This document shows, one piece after another, positions 37,983-48,108 of a stretch of DNA of 64,000 nucleotides. How positions within the stretch are numbered: the stretch's first letter is position 1; every line of letters begins with the position of its first letter. The DNA lies in the NCBI GenBank assembly GCA_002353275.1, contig DEJH01000026.1, positions 4,122 through 68,121 on the forward strand, in the 5' to 3' direction. A program made the translations under genes and the position numbers. A model generated the notes under the pieces. That model made no database searches and was not told the origin of the DNA. It saw only the letters and a program-made list of their open reading frames with translations. The stretch comes from Bacillales bacterium UBA2753 (GTDB lineage: Bacteria > Bacillota_I > Bacilli_A > RFN20 > CAG-826).

Positions 37983-38369
37983 AAAAAAGCTCCAAAAGAA
38001 GAAAAGAAAGTTGAAGCTCCTAAAAAACCAGCTCCAACCGAAGCTAGAGCAATCGCTTACAATGTGAGAGTCACTCCTAGAAAAGCAAGACTCGTCATCG
38101 ATCAAGTTAGAGGTAAGGACGTTAAAGTCGCGCTCGGATTATTAAGAAATATTAATCGCGCTGCGAGCGAACCAGTCAGCAAAGTCATTAGAAGTGCTGC
38201 TGCTAACGCCATCAATAACTTCGGATTTGATGAAGATAAGCTCTACATTAGCGAAATCTACGCTAACGATGGCTTAAAAATGAGAAGATACTTACCAAGA
38301 GCAAAAGGTTCCGCTAGTGGTTTAGTAAAAAGAAATTGCCACATCACTTGTGTGGTCAAAATGAGATAA
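37869..38369 (+). CDS. rplV: 50S ribosomal protein L22 with ~55-aa K/E/A-rich N-terminal extension
   Basis: The L22 core starts near EARAIAYNVRVTPRKARLV. At 166 aa it is longer than the roughly 110 aa usual. Confidence 0.95.
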   Translation: MAEAKKTTAKKSAPKKVAEEKAVEVKEEVKVEEAPKKAKKAPKEEKKVEAPKKPAPTEARAIAYNVRVTPRKARLVIDQVRGKDVKVALGLLRNINRAASEPVSKVIRSAAANAINNFGFDEDKLYISEIYANDGLKMRRYLPRAKGSASGLVKRNCHITCVVKMR

Positions 38370-38382
38370 GGAGATATTACAC

Positions 38383-39048
38383 ATGGGTCACAAGGTTAAT
38401 CCTGTAGGAATGAGAGTCGGCGTCAACAGAGATTGGAATTCTCGTTGGTTTGCTGAAGATAAAGATTTCGCTACATACTTAAACGAAGACATTAAAATTC
38501 GTAAATATCTCGAAGGTTCATTAAAAGAAGCCTTATTATCTCACATCGAAATCGAAAGAACTAAAAATGATAAAGGAACCAACATTGTTGTTAAATTATT
38601 CGTTGCTCGTCCAGGTGTTGTTATCGGTACCGATGGCAAAAACATCTTAGCGGTCAAAGAATCATTAGTTAAATTAGTGAAAAATAGCAACGTTAGAGTC
38701 GATGTTATTGAAGTCAAAAATCCTGACTTAGACGCTAACATCGTCGCTCAATCAATTGCTAAGCAATTAGAAGAAAGAGCAAGCTTTAGAACCGTTCAAA
38801 AGAAAGCGATTCAAAGAGTTAGAAAAGCCGGCGCTAAAGGTATTCGTACCGTTGTCGGAGGCCGTTTAGGTGGAGCGGATATTGCTCGTGCTGAAGGATA
38901 TAAAGAAGGAGTTATTCCTCTACATACCCTCAGAAGCGATATCGACTATGCTCACGCTGAAGCTGCCACTCAATATGGTCGCTTAGGTGTTAAAGTTTGG
39001 ATCTGCCGTGGAGAAATCCGCCCAGAACTTTCCAAGAAAGGAGAATAG
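38383..39048 (+). CDS. rpsC: 30S ribosomal protein S3
   Basis: MGHKVNPVGMRVG start with a KH domain. Confidence 0.95.
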   Translation: MGHKVNPVGMRVGVNRDWNSRWFAEDKDFATYLNEDIKIRKYLEGSLKEALLSHIEIERTKNDKGTNIVVKLFVARPGVVIGTDGKNILAVKESLVKLVKNSNVRVDVIEVKNPDLDANIVAQSIAKQLEERASFRTVQKKAIQRVRKAGAKGIRTVVGGRLGGADIARAEGYKEGVIPLHTLRSDIDYAHAEAATQYGRLGVKVWICRGEIRPELSKKGE

Positions 39049-39051
39049 GTC

Positions 39052-39462
39052 ATGTTACAACCAAAACGTGTGAAATACCGTCGTCCACATATCCTTAGAT
39101 ATGAAGGACACTCTAAAGGTGGAACAGAAGTTAGCTTTGGTGAATATGGCTTACAAGCTCTTGAAGGTGCTTGGATTACAACCAGACAAATCGAAGCTGC
39201 TCGTATCGTATTAAGTAGATACACAAAACGTGGTGGACAAATTTGGATTAGAATTTTCCCTCACTTAGCAAAAACCAAAAAACCTGCTGAAGTCCGTATG
39301 GGATCTGGTAAAGGATCTCCAGAGGATTGGGTAGCAGTCGTTCAAAAAGGCAGAGTTATGTTTGAAATCGGTGGAGTTGATGCTGAAGTTGCAAGAGAAG
39401 CTCTTAGACTCGCTGCTTATAAGCTCCCAATCAAATGTAAAGTTGTCGGAAAAGGAGAGTAG
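39052..39462 (+). CDS. rplP: 50S ribosomal protein L16
   Basis: [11 protein letters not shown] and RMGSGKG. Confidence 0.95.
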   Translation: MLQPKRVKYRRPHILRYEGHSKGGTEVSFGEYGLQALEGAWITTRQIEAARIVLSRYTKRGGQIWIRIFPHLAKTKKPAEVRMGSGKGSPEDWVAVVQKGRVMFEIGGVDAEVAREALRLAAYKLPIKCKVVGKGE

Positions 39463-39467
39463 TAGCA

Positions 39468-39665
39468 ATGAAAATTAGTGAAGTCCGTGAAATGTCTACA
39501 AGCGAGCTCAAAGAAAAGCTCTACTCGCTTAAAGAACAACTCTTTGAGTTAAGACGTAAAAAATCCGTCGGAACTCTTGAAAGAGGAGAAGATGTCATTA
39601 CTGTGAGAAAAGACATCGCCCGCGTTAACATGGTGTTACGCGAAAGAGAACTTGAAAGTAAATAA
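39468..39665 (+). CDS. rpmC: 50S ribosomal protein L29
   Basis: 65 aa with [17 protein letters not shown]. Confidence 0.9.
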   Translation: MKISEVREMSTSELKEKLYSLKEQLFELRRKKSVGTLERGEDVITVRKDIARVNMVLRERELESK

Positions 39666-39676
39666 GGAGAACGAAA

Positions 39677-40072
39677 ATGGAAGAAAAGAGAAACTTAAGA
39701 CGTTCCATTCAAGGTGTAGTTGTAAGTGATAAAAACGACAAGACCATTGTTGTCCTTGTTGAAACTCACAAGAAACACGCCAAATATGGTAAGCGCGTTA
39801 AATATAGAAATAAGTATTACGCGCACGATGAAAACAACGAAGCTAAAGTCGGCGATACAGTGACCATTATGGAAACTCGTAAATTAAGCGCCACCAAGAG
39901 ATTCAGACTTGTTTCCATCGACAAGAAAGCTGAATTATCCGTTAAGGAAGCTGAAAAAGAATTAAAAGAAGAAATTTTAACTGGTGAAATTGCTGTCGAA
40001 GAAGTCGAAAAGAAACCTGCGGCAGAGAAAGAAGTAGCTGAAGAAGTTAAAGAAGAAAAGGAGGCCGAATAA
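39677..40072 (+). CDS. rpsQ: 30S ribosomal protein S17 with ~45-aa E/K-rich C-terminal extension
   Basis: S17 core [19 protein letters not shown]. At 131 aa it is longer than the roughly 85 aa usual. Confidence 0.95.
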   Translation: MEEKRNLRRSIQGVVVSDKNDKTIVVLVETHKKHAKYGKRVKYRNKYYAHDENNEAKVGDTVTIMETRKLSATKRFRLVSIDKKAELSVKEAEKELKEEILTGEIAVEEVEKKPAAEKEVAEEVKEEKEAE

Positions 40073-40074
40073 TT

Positions 40075-40452
40075 ATGATCCAGAAGGAAACAAACCTTGT
40101 CGTCGCTGATAATAGTGGCGCTCGTAAAGTTCGCGCTTTCACCCTCTACGGAGGAAGTAAAAGAAAAACATCTTATATCGGTGATATCATCCAATGTTCC
40201 GTTAAAGAAGCTATTCCAAATGGAAAAGTGAAAAAAGGTGACATTGTGAGATGCGTCATCGTTAGATGTAAAAAACCAACTCAAAGAGCAGATGGTAGCA
40301 CAATCGCATTCGATGATAACGCAGTCGTTATTATTAATGAAGATAATGCCCCAGTTGGAACCCGTGTCTTCGGACCTGTGGCTCGTGAGCTCAGAGATTG
40401 TGGAGTTGAAGGATTCATGAAAATTGTCTCCTTAGCCCCAGAAGTGTTATAA
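40075..40452 (+). CDS. rplN: 50S ribosomal protein L14
   Basis: [16 protein letters not shown]. Confidence 0.95.
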   Translation: MIQKETNLVVADNSGARKVRAFTLYGGSKRKTSYIGDIIQCSVKEAIPNGKVKKGDIVRCVIVRCKKPTQRADGSTIAFDDNAVVIINEDNAPVGTRVFGPVARELRDCGVEGFMKIVSLAPEVL

Positions 40453-40465
40453 GGAGGAAATGATC

Positions 40466-40771
40466 ATGAACTTAATTAAAGGTGATAAGGTCATCGTCAT
40501 CGCCGGCAAAGACAAAGGCAAGACTGGAGCAATCCAAAAAGTTGATCCAAAAACTAACCGTGTTGTTGTCGAAGGTGTCAATCTCCGTAAGAAACACAAA
40601 AAACCAACTCAACAAAATCCAGAAGGAAGTGTGGTCGAGATCTACGCTCCAATCCATGCCTCTAACGTGATGCTTGTTGATCCTAAAACAAAGAAACCAA
40701 CCCGTGTTGGACACAAAGTTGTTAAAGGAAAGAAAGTCAGAGTCGCTAAAGCTAGCGGCACTGAATTATAA
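40466..40771 (+). CDS. rplX: 50S ribosomal protein L24
   Basis: [18 protein letters not shown] 40466 has better SD spacing than 40460. Confidence 0.9.
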   Translation: MNLIKGDKVIVIAGKDKGKTGAIQKVDPKTNRVVVEGVNLRKKHKKPTQQNPEGSVVEIYAPIHASNVMLVDPKTKKPTRVGHKVVKGKKVRVAKASGTEL

Positions 40772-40785
40772 GGAGGGAATTCAAA

Positions 40786-40896
40786 ATGGCAGAAGCAAAG
40801 AAAACAACCGCTAAAAAACCAGCTAGTAAAAAACCAGCTGAAAAAGCCGTTGAAGTCAAAGAAGAAGTCAAAGTCGAAGAAGCTCCTAAAAAAGCC
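40786..40896 (+). repeat. copy 2 of the shared N-terminal extension module (rplE)
   Basis: See 37869-37982. The similarity begins exactly at the ATG; the upstream SD regions differ. Confidence 0.85.
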
Positions 40897-41481
40897 GCTC
40901 CAAAAGCAAAGAAAAGCGCTGGAAATAAAAAAGCTGCAATCTCTTCTAGATTAAAAGAAAGATATGAAAGCGAAGTTAAGAAGGCCTTACATGAGAAATA
41001 TCATTATTCCTCAGTAATGGAAATTCCAGGTCTTGATAAAATCGTTATCAACATCGGTGTTGGTGATGCTACTCAAGATAGCAAACGCTTAGAAGAAGCG
41101 GTGAGCGAACTCGCTCAAATCACCGGTCAAAAACCAGTGGTTACACGCGCTAAAAAATCCGTTGCTTCCTTCAAATTAAGAGAAGGACAAGCCATTGGAT
41201 GTAAAGTTACCTTAAGAGGAATCAGAATGTGGGATTTCTTCGATAAGCTCGTCTCTATCGCTCTCCCACGTGTCCGTGACTTCCGTGGTGTTTCCAAAAA
41301 CGCTTTCGATGGTCGTGGTAACTACACCTTAGGTGTTAAAGAACAATTAATCTTCCCAGAAATCGATTACGATAAAGTTGGAAAGGTTAGAGGTATGGAC
41401 GTTGTTATCGTTACTACCGCAAAAACTGATGAAGAGGCATATACCTTACTCGATTTATTAGGTATGCCATTCCATAGATAA
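40786..41481 (+). CDS. rplE: 50S ribosomal protein L5 with ~50-aa K/E/A-rich N-terminal extension
   Basis: The L5 core starts near [11 protein letters not shown]. At 231 aa it is longer than the roughly 179 aa usual. Confidence 0.95.
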   Translation: MAEAKKTTAKKPASKKPAEKAVEVKEEVKVEEAPKKAAPKAKKSAGNKKAAISSRLKERYESEVKKALHEKYHYSSVMEIPGLDKIVINIGVGDATQDSKRLEEAVSELAQITGQKPVVTRAKKSVASFKLREGQAIGCKVTLRGIRMWDFFDKLVSIALPRVRDFRGVSKNAFDGRGNYTLGVKEQLIFPEIDYDKVGKVRGMDVVIVTTAKTDEEAYTLLDLLGMPFHR

Positions 41482-41501
41482 GAAAGGAGTCCAAAATAGT
41501 C

Positions 41502-41687
41502 ATGGCTAAAACAAGTGCTAAAGTCCGCTGTGCGAGACCTAAAAAGTACAAAGTTAGAGAATATACTCGTTGTGAACGTTGCGGACGTCCTCACGCTGTC
41601 TATTCAAAATTCCATTTATGCCGTATTTGTATCCGTGAACTCGCATACAAGGGTGAAATCCCAGGCTTAAAGAAATCATCTTGGTAA
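41502..41687 (+). CDS. rpsZ: 30S ribosomal protein S14, short zinc-binding (type Z) form
   Basis: 61 aa with CERCGR...CRIC. Confidence 0.95.
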   Translation: MAKTSAKVRCARPKKYKVREYTRCERCGRPHAVYSKFHLCRICIRELAYKGEIPGLKKSSW

Positions 41688-41707
41688 TAAGGAGGTAAAT
41701 AATCATT

Positions 41708-42100
41708 ATGATGTCAGATCCAATTGCGGATATGCTTACCCGCATTAGAAATGCTAACGCATTAAAATATGAACAAGTGAAAATGCCTTCTAGCAAGATG
41801 AAAGTTGAAATCGCTAAGATTTTAAAAGAAGAAGGCTTCATCGTTGATTATAAAGTCAAAGGTGCAACCAAAAAGGAATTAACCATTTCCTTAAAATACG
41901 CCGCTGATGGCACTAGAGTCATCTCTGGCTTAAAGAAAATTTCTAAGCCAGGCTTACGTGTTAACGTCGGCTGCAATAAACTCCCAAGAGTTTTAAAAGG
42001 ATTAGGAATTGCGATTATCTCCACTTCACAAGGAGTTATGACTGATGCTAAAGCTCGTGTCTTAGGTATCGGCGGAGAAGTAATCGCTTACGTCTGGTAG
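41708..42100 (+). CDS. rpsH: 30S ribosomal protein S8
   Basis: [15 protein letters not shown]. Confidence 0.95.
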   Translation: MMSDPIADMLTRIRNANALKYEQVKMPSSKMKVEIAKILKEEGFIVDYKVKGATKKELTISLKYAADGTRVISGLKKISKPGLRVNVGCNKLPRVLKGLGIAIISTSQGVMTDAKARVLGIGGEVIAYVW

Positions 42101-42111
42101 GAGGAAAGAAT

Positions 42112-42657
42112 ATGTCACGTATTGGTAATAAACATATCGATATTCCTGCTGGAGTGACTGTTGCTGTTGAAGGAAGTAACGTCAAAGTCAGTGGTGCTAA
42201 AGGAACATTATTAGTTCCTGTTAATCACGGAATCACTGTTACTGTTGAAGGAACTACCGTAGTCTGTAAAAGAGACAGTGAAGTCAAACAAGTTAAACAA
42301 AACCATGGCACAACTCGTGCTAACATCCATAACGCTATCGTTGGAGTTTCCCACGGTTATAAAAAGGAACTCGAGATGAGAGGTATCGGTTATAAAGCTC
42401 AAATGCAAGGTAATAACGTTGTCTTATGGGCTGGATATAGCCACACCATCACCATCATTCCTAACGAAGGTGTTAAGATCACATTACCTTCCCCAACAGA
42501 AATTACTGTTGAAGGTATTGATAAACAAGCAGTTGGACAAACCGCTGCTCGTATTAGAGAAGTCCGTCGCCCAGAACCATATCTTGGTAAAGGTATTCGT
42601 TATAAAGATGAATACGTTGCTACTAAAGAAGGTAAACGTGCTGGCGGTAAAAAATAA
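42112..42657 (+). CDS. rplF: 50S ribosomal protein L6
   Basis: MSRIGNKHIDIPAGV. Confidence 0.95.
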   Translation: MSRIGNKHIDIPAGVTVAVEGSNVKVSGAKGTLLVPVNHGITVTVEGTTVVCKRDSEVKQVKQNHGTTRANIHNAIVGVSHGYKKELEMRGIGYKAQMQGNNVVLWAGYSHTITIIPNEGVKITLPSPTEITVEGIDKQAVGQTAARIREVRRPEPYLGKGIRYKDEYVATKEGKRAGGKK

Positions 42658-42678
42658 TTAGAAAGGTAGGTATATAAA

Positions 42679-43035
42679 ATGATTTCTAAAGAAAGCAAAA
42701 ACGTTTCTAGAGTTAGAAGACATGCCCGTGTTAGAGCTAAAATCTCTGGCACTGCCGCTTGCCCAAGATTATGTGTCTATCGTTCTAACAAAAACATCGA
42801 AGCTCAACTCATCGATGATGTTAAAAGAGTGACTCTCGTTGCTTCATCTTCCATGAGCTTAGGCTTAGAAAATGGCAGCAACATCGAAGCCGCCGCTAAA
42901 GTCGGTGCCGATCTTGCTAATAAAGCCAAAAGTAAAAAAATCAAGAAAGTTGTCTTCGACAGATCCGGATATATCTATCACGGACGTGTCAAGGCTCTTG
43001 CAGAAGCCGCTAGAGAAGCTGGCTTAGAATTCTAA
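42679..43035 (+). CDS. rplR: 50S ribosomal protein L18
   Basis: [13 protein letters not shown] and [17 protein letters not shown]. Confidence 0.95.
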   Translation: MISKESKNVSRVRRHARVRAKISGTAACPRLCVYRSNKNIEAQLIDDVKRVTLVASSSMSLGLENGSNIEAAAKVGADLANKAKSKKIKKVVFDRSGYIYHGRVKALAEAAREAGLEF

Positions 43036-43050
43036 TTAAGGAGAAGAAAA

Positions 43051-43671
43051 ATGGCAGAAGAAAAAGTTGTTACTGAAGAAGTAAAAGCAGAAGCTACTGA
43101 AGCTCCTAAAGAAGAAAAAGCCCCTAGAGGCGATCATCGTCCTCATGGAGACCGCAAAGGTGGTCGTCCAGATCGTAAAGGCGATAGAAAAGAAAGACGT
43201 GAAGTTAAAGATGACATGGAAGAAAGAGTAGTCTTCATCAACCGTGTCTCTAAAACTGTCAAAGGTGGACGTCGTATGAAATTCACCGCCCTTGTCGTTG
43301 TTGGTGACCACAAAGGACATTATGGATTTGCATTAAGCAAAGCCGCTGAAGTCCCAGATGCCATCAAAAAGGCAAGTGAAGCTGCAAGAAAGAAACTTTA
43401 TTCCATTCACTTAGTGAAAGGAAACACCATCAGCCACGAAATCGTTGGTAAATATGGTGCTTGTAATGTTTACTTAAAACCTGCTCCTGAAGGTACTGGT
43501 ATTATCGCCGGTGGCCCAGTAAGAGCAATTCTTGAACTTGCAGGTGTTCAAAACGTGTGCTCCAAAGTCTATGGTAGCCGTGCTCCAATCAATATCATTA
43601 GAGCAACCAACCAAGGTTTAGATAACCTTAAGAGCTACAAGACAATGAAGGAATTACGTTCCAAAGAATAA
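43051..43671 (+). CDS. rpsE: 30S ribosomal protein S5 with ~40-aa charged N-terminal extension
   Basis: The core starts at [22 protein letters not shown]. The extension contains [25 protein letters not shown]. Confidence 0.95.
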   Translation: MAEEKVVTEEVKAEATEAPKEEKAPRGDHRPHGDRKGGRPDRKGDRKERREVKDDMEERVVFINRVSKTVKGGRRMKFTALVVVGDHKGHYGFALSKAAEVPDAIKKASEAARKKLYSIHLVKGNTISHEIVGKYGACNVYLKPAPEGTGIIAGGPVRAILELAGVQNVCSKVYGSRAPINIIRATNQGLDNLKSYKTMKELRSKE

Positions 43672-43703
43672 TTAAACACTGATTAGTTTAAGGAGGTGCA
43701 CAA

Positions 43704-44144
43704 ATGAAATTACATGAACTTCAATCAACAGAAGGCAGCAGAAGCGAACACTACCGTAAGGGTAGAGGCATCGGCTCTGGCAATGGTAAAACTGCTGGTA
43801 AAGGTCATAAAGGACAAAACGCTCGTAGTGGCGGTGGAGTCGCTTTAGGCTTTGAAGGTGGCCAAATGCCATTATGGAGAAGACTCCCAAAAAGAGGCTT
43901 CAAGAACGTTAACCGTATCGAATATGCTGTCGTTAATGTTAATGATTTAAACAGATTTGAAGAAGGTACAGTTGTCACCCCAGCGTTATTAAAAGAAGTT
44001 GGACTCGTCGGAAAAGAATATCACGGCGCTAAAGTCTTAGGTTCTGGAAAACTCGAAAAGAAATTAACTGTTCAAGCATCTAAATTCTCTAAGAGTGCTG
44101 AAAGTGCCATTAATAGCGTAGGTGGCAAAGCTGAGGTAATCTAA
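43704..44144 (+). CDS. rplO: 50S ribosomal protein L15
   Basis: [14 protein letters not shown]. It follows rpsE directly with no L30 gene between. Confidence 0.95.
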   Translation: MKLHELQSTEGSRSEHYRKGRGIGSGNGKTAGKGHKGQNARSGGGVALGFEGGQMPLWRRLPKRGFKNVNRIEYAVVNVNDLNRFEEGTVVTPALLKEVGLVGKEYHGAKVLGSGKLEKKLTVQASKFSKSAESAINSVGGKAEVI

Positions 44145-44145
44145 T

Positions 44146-45495
44146 ATGAAAAAGATTGCTTCGATTCTTACAAATAAAGAAATAATGAACCGTATTTTGT
44201 TCACGGTTCTCATTCTCTTTATCTTCCGTATCGGAGCACAGATAACAGTCCCAGGTGTTAATCCTGAGGGTCTTGAAGAATACCTCAACTCCGGGTCTGC
44301 TTTATCACTTATGAATATGTTAGGTGGTGGAACGTTACAAACGTTCTCCATCTTCGCCCTCGGCGTCTCTCCATACATCACTGCACAAATTATTGTTCAG
44401 TTATTATCCACCGATGTATTACCAGCTCTTAGTGAGCTAAGACGTCAAGGTCAATACGGAAGAAAGAAAATGGAATACGCGACTAGATACCTCACCTTAT
44501 TACTTGGTGCGGTTCAAGCGTACGGTATCATTAAAACAATTGAAAATACACCTGAGGTGTCACTCAACCTTCAAGGTGGCTGGTTAACTTACTTATATAT
44601 CATTATCGTAATGTTAGCGGGCACAATGATTGTTATGTGGTTAGGAGACCAAATCTCCGTTAAAGGTATCGGAAATGGTATTTCTATGATCATTTTCGCG
44701 GGTATTGTTTGTTCTTTACCAAATCAATTCGCTCACGCCTTTACTACCTATATCTCTACGACAGCTGGTTCTCCAGAGAACTTAGTTATCGCTGGTGTAT
44801 TCAAATTCATATTATATGTCCTAGCATATCTCGTTATTATTAGCTTCGTTACATTCATTGAATTATCACAACGTAAAATCCCTATTCAAAATAGTGGTAA
44901 GAGTGGTGGTCAATCTCAAGGAATGTCTAAAGCAAGTTTCTTACCAATTAAAATCAATAGCGCTGGCGTTATTCCTGTAATCTTCGCTAGCTCACTAATG
45001 ATGGCACCAAGTGTAATTGCTGCCTTTATCGACAGTAATTCATCTAATGCTTATTGGTTAAAGATCTTCTCAACGAGTGAGATGTATAATATGGGCTCTT
45101 GGTCTATGCCTTGGGGATTACTCATCTATATCGTACTCACCGTCGCATTTACTTTCTTCTATGCAAATCTTCAAATTGATCCGCAACAAATGGCGGAAAA
45201 TTTCCAAAAAAATGGTTCCTATATTCCAGGAATTAAACCTGGTATTGAAACCGAAAGATACATTAGACGTGTCTTAAATAGAGTGACTTGTATCGGAGCT
45301 ATTGCTCTTGTAATCATCGCTTCACTCCCATCAATCCTCACATTAAGTGGAGTCTTTGGTGGAGACAATTCCTTAGTTTTAGGTGGAACTGGAATGATCA
45401 TCGTCGTCGGTGTGTGTCTTGAACTTAATAATCAAATCGATGGTTTACTCGCTGGTAAATCATTCGACGAAGTTGTCGCTTCAGGAGGTCGTTAA
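44146..45495 (+). CDS. secY: preprotein translocase subunit SecY
   Basis: 449 aa, polytopic, with LFIFRIGAQITVPGV and GISPYITAQII-like motifs. Confidence 0.95.
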   Translation: MKKIASILTNKEIMNRILFTVLILFIFRIGAQITVPGVNPEGLEEYLNSGSALSLMNMLGGGTLQTFSIFALGVSPYITAQIIVQLLSTDVLPALSELRRQGQYGRKKMEYATRYLTLLLGAVQAYGIIKTIENTPEVSLNLQGGWLTYLYIIIVMLAGTMIVMWLGDQISVKGIGNGISMIIFAGIVCSLPNQFAHAFTTYISTTAGSPENLVIAGVFKFILYVLAYLVIISFVTFIELSQRKIPIQNSGKSGGQSQGMSKASFLPIKINSAGVIPVIFASSLMMAPSVIAAFIDSNSSNAYWLKIFSTSEMYNMGSWSMPWGLLIYIVLTVAFTFFYANLQIDPQQMAENFQKNGSYIPGIKPGIETERYIRRVLNRVTCIGAIALVIIASLPSILTLSGVFGGDNSLVLGGTGMIIVVGVCLELNNQIDGLLAGKSFDEVVASGGR

Positions 45496-45497
45496 TC

Positions 45498-46148
45498 ATG
45501 AAAAAGAATATCATCCTTATGGGCCCACCAGGGGCAGGCAAGGGAACTCTTGCCAAACAACTTAAAGAAAGCTTGTCTCTCGTTCATATCTCTACTGGTG
45601 ATATGTTTAGAGATGCAATAAAAGCCCAGACTGAACTCGGCAAACTCGCTCAAAGTTATATCAATAAAGGTGACTTAGTCCCTGATGATGTGACCATTGG
45701 GTTAGTCAAAGAAAGACTCAGTCAAAAAGATTGTGAAGGTGGATTCCTTTTAGATGGTTTCCCTAGAACTCTTCCTCAAGCAGAGGCTCTTAGTGAAATC
45801 ACCAAAGAAATTAACCGTCCAATCGATGTTGTCGTCAATCTCGATTGTGACAACGAAGAACTTGTAAGACGTATTTCAGGTCGTCGCGTTTGTAAAAATT
45901 GTGGCGCTCCATATCACATCGTCACCATGAAACCAAAAGTGGAAGGTGTCTGTGATTTATGTGGGGGACCACTCTATCAAAGAAAAGACGACAACGAAGA
46001 AGCTCTTAAAGTTCGATTAGAACACTATGTTTCCGAAACTAAACCATTGTTAGATTATTACGATAAACTTGGTTTACTCGAATCTTTCAATTCTTTAGTT
46101 GGAAAAGAAGTGTTATTCGATGAAGTTACTTCATTTCTATCAAAATAA
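45498..46148 (+). CDS. adk: adenylate kinase (zinc-lid type)
   Basis: GPPGAGKGT P-loop and lid CKNCG...CDLCG. Confidence 0.95.
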   Translation: MKKNIILMGPPGAGKGTLAKQLKESLSLVHISTGDMFRDAIKAQTELGKLAQSYINKGDLVPDDVTIGLVKERLSQKDCEGGFLLDGFPRTLPQAEALSEITKEINRPIDVVVNLDCDNEELVRRISGRRVCKNCGAPYHIVTMKPKVEGVCDLCGGPLYQRKDDNEEALKVRLEHYVSETKPLLDYYDKLGLLESFNSLVGKEVLFDEVTSFLSK

Positions 46149-46150
46149 TT

Positions 46151-46912
46151 ATGGTAATCGTTAAATCTCCACGTGAAATTGCATTAATGAAAGAAGCTGG
46201 CCGAGTGGTTGGTCTCGTCTTCAAAACTCTTGAAGAAAAGATTCATCCAGGAATGTCGACTTTAGATATTGATGCGATTGTTGAAAAAGTAATGCTTGAT
46301 AACGACTGCATTCCTAGTGAGAAAGGATATTATGACTATCCCGCTAGTAGTTGTGTCTCAGTTAACGAAGTATTAGTACATGGGATTCCTTCTTCCAAAA
46401 GAATTCTTAAAGAAGGGGATATCGTAAGCGTGGATATTGTTGCGACCTATAAAGGCTATATGGCAGACGCGTGTCGTACTTATAAAGTCGGCACGGTCTC
46501 CGAAAGAGCCGATCGTCTCGTCAGAGTCACAAAAGAAGCGTTCTTTGAATCTCTTAAATACGTGAAAGCTGGTAATCACATCGGAGATATCTCTCATGCG
46601 GTTCAAACTTACGTTGAGAAACATGGATATAACGTTTCTAGAGACTATACTGGTCACGGAATAGGTTCACATATGCATGAAGATCCTTCCATTCCAAATT
46701 ATGGAAAAGAAGGAACTGGAGTCAAATTAACTCCAGGGATGACAATCTGCATTGAACCGATGGTCCTTGAAGGTAGAAAAGAGACGAGAGTCCTTCCAGA
46801 TGGTTGGACAGCAGTGAGTAAAGATGGGAAATTAACTGCCCATTATGAAAACACTGTGGTCGTAAAAGAAGATGGTTATGAAATTATTACAATGTACGAA
46901 GGAGAAGAATAA
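46151..46912 (+). CDS. map: type I methionine aminopeptidase
   Basis: 253 aa with metal ligand motifs DIVATYKGYMADA, HGIGSHMHE and ICIEP. Confidence 0.9.
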   Translation: MVIVKSPREIALMKEAGRVVGLVFKTLEEKIHPGMSTLDIDAIVEKVMLDNDCIPSEKGYYDYPASSCVSVNEVLVHGIPSSKRILKEGDIVSVDIVATYKGYMADACRTYKVGTVSERADRLVRVTKEAFFESLKYVKAGNHIGDISHAVQTYVEKHGYNVSRDYTGHGIGSHMHEDPSIPNYGKEGTGVKLTPGMTICIEPMVLEGRKETRVLPDGWTAVSKDGKLTAHYENTVVVKEDGYEIITMYEGEE

Positions 46913-46915
46913 ATA

Positions 46916-47134
46916 ATGTCTAAAGCAGATGTCATCGAAGTCCAGGCGGTCGTTACGGAAACATTACCAAACGCGATGTTCCGTGTAAAACTTGAAAACG
47001 ACATGGTAATCTTGGCTACCGTTTCTGGTAAAATCCGAATGAATTACATTCGCATTCTTCCAGGTGATAAAGTTACCGTAGAAATCTCGCCTTATGATTT
47101 AACACGGGGCCGTATAACATTCAGGTTCAAATAG
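46916..47134 (+). CDS. infA: translation initiation factor IF-1
   Basis: 72 aa with an S1-like fold sequence, [19 protein letters not shown]. Confidence 0.95.
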   Translation: MSKADVIEVQAVVTETLPNAMFRVKLENDMVILATVSGKIRMNYIRILPGDKVTVEISPYDLTRGRITFRFK

Positions 47135-47168
47135 TCCTGAGACAAAACTATTTTAGGAGGTATATTTT

Positions 47169-47282
47169 ATGAAAGTCAGACCTTCAGTCAAACCTATTTG
47201 CTCAAAGTGCAGAGTCATCAAACGTCATGGCAAAGTCATGGTCATTTGCTCTGATCCAAAGCACAAGCAAAGACAAGGTTAA
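47169..47282 (+). CDS. rpmJ: 50S ribosomal protein L36
   Basis: Not in the ORF track because it is short. It translates to [37 protein letters not shown], with a GGAGG SD upstream. Confidence 0.9.
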   Translation: MKVRPSVKPICSKCRVIKRHGKVMVICSDPKHKQRQG

Positions 47283-47300
47283 TAAGGAGGAAGTTGAAAT

Positions 47301-47675
47301 ATGGCACGTATTGTTGGTGTTGATATTCCAAACGATAAGCAAGTCGCGTTCTCTCTTACCTATATCTATGGTATTGGAAGAACCACTGCTAGAAAAATTT
47401 GCGAAGCCGCAAAAGTTGATCCAGCTATCCGCGTAAAAGATCTCTCTGATGATCAAATGAACGCGATTCGTAGCGAAGTGAGCAAACTCAAAGTCGAAGG
47501 AGATCTTCGTAGAGAAGTTGCTCTCAATATTAAAAGACTTACTGAAATCGGTTGTTACCGTGGTATTAGACATAAGAAAGGCTTACCAGTCCGTGGTCAA
47601 AAGACTAAGACTAACGCCAGAACTCGTAAAGGTCCACGTAAGACAATCGCTAATAAGAAAGTCGCACCTAAATAG
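47301..47675 (+). CDS. rpsM: 30S ribosomal protein S13
   Basis: [13 protein letters not shown]. Confidence 0.95.
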   Translation: MARIVGVDIPNDKQVAFSLTYIYGIGRTTARKICEAAKVDPAIRVKDLSDDQMNAIRSEVSKLKVEGDLRREVALNIKRLTEIGCYRGIRHKKGLPVRGQKTKTNARTRKGPRKTIANKKVAPK

Positions 47676-47701
47676 GGTTTAGTGAAAGGAGAAAATAAGT
47701 T

Positions 47702-48091
47702 ATGGCTAAAAGTACAACTACACGTAAAAAGAAAGTCAAACGTTCTTTTACTAAAGGCGTGGCTCACATTCATTCAACCTTTAATAACACAATCGTCACC
47801 ATTACCGATGCTCAAGGTAACGCAATTGCCTGGAGTAGCGCTGGTGCATTAGGTTTCAAAGGTGCAAAGAAATCCACTCCATTTGCCGCTCAACAAGCTG
47901 CTGAAGCTGCTGCTAAGAGCGCTTATGATCAAGGTATCCGTCAAGTTGACGTTGATGTTAAAGGTCCAGGCCCAGGAAGAGAAGGAGCTATCCGTTCTCT
48001 CGCCGTTAGTGGTTTACAAGTGTTAAGTATCGTTGATACTACACCAATCCCACATAATGGTTGCCGTCCACCAAAACGTCCACGTGGTTAA
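47702..48091 (+). CDS. rpsK: 30S ribosomal protein S11
   Basis: [18 protein letters not shown]. Confidence 0.95.
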   Translation: MAKSTTTRKKKVKRSFTKGVAHIHSTFNNTIVTITDAQGNAIAWSSAGALGFKGAKKSTPFAAQQAAEAAAKSAYDQGIRQVDVDVKGPGPGREGAIRSLAVSGLQVLSIVDTTPIPHNGCRPPKRPRG

Positions 48092-48108
48092 TTTAGGAGG
48101 AAAACACA

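Noticed and set aside
37869-38040. Repetitive aaagaagaag/gctcctaaaaaa-type sequence that could be mistaken for a tandem repeat or CRISPR-like array.
   Set aside because: It is in-frame coding low complexity (K/E/A/P codons) of the L22, L5, S5 and S17 tails. There is no repeat-spacer periodicity and there are no cas genes.
39817-40284. Long antisense ORFs inside ribosomal protein genes. Examples are 155 aa at 39817-40284 (-), 94 aa at 43036-43320 (-), 67 aa at 37902-38105 (-) and 123 aa at 47202-47573 (-).
   Set aside because: They are the mirror images of K/E-rich or otherwise highly expressed coding regions. They have low-complexity S/F-rich translations, no SD and no family resemblance, so they are treated as spurious.
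43672-43703. Absence of rpmD (L30) between rpsE and rplO.
   Set aside because: Only 32 nt separate the two genes, so nothing is hidden here. L30 loss is a known lineage-specific trait in several bacterial groups, and the gene could lie elsewhere. It is noted but not treated as novel.
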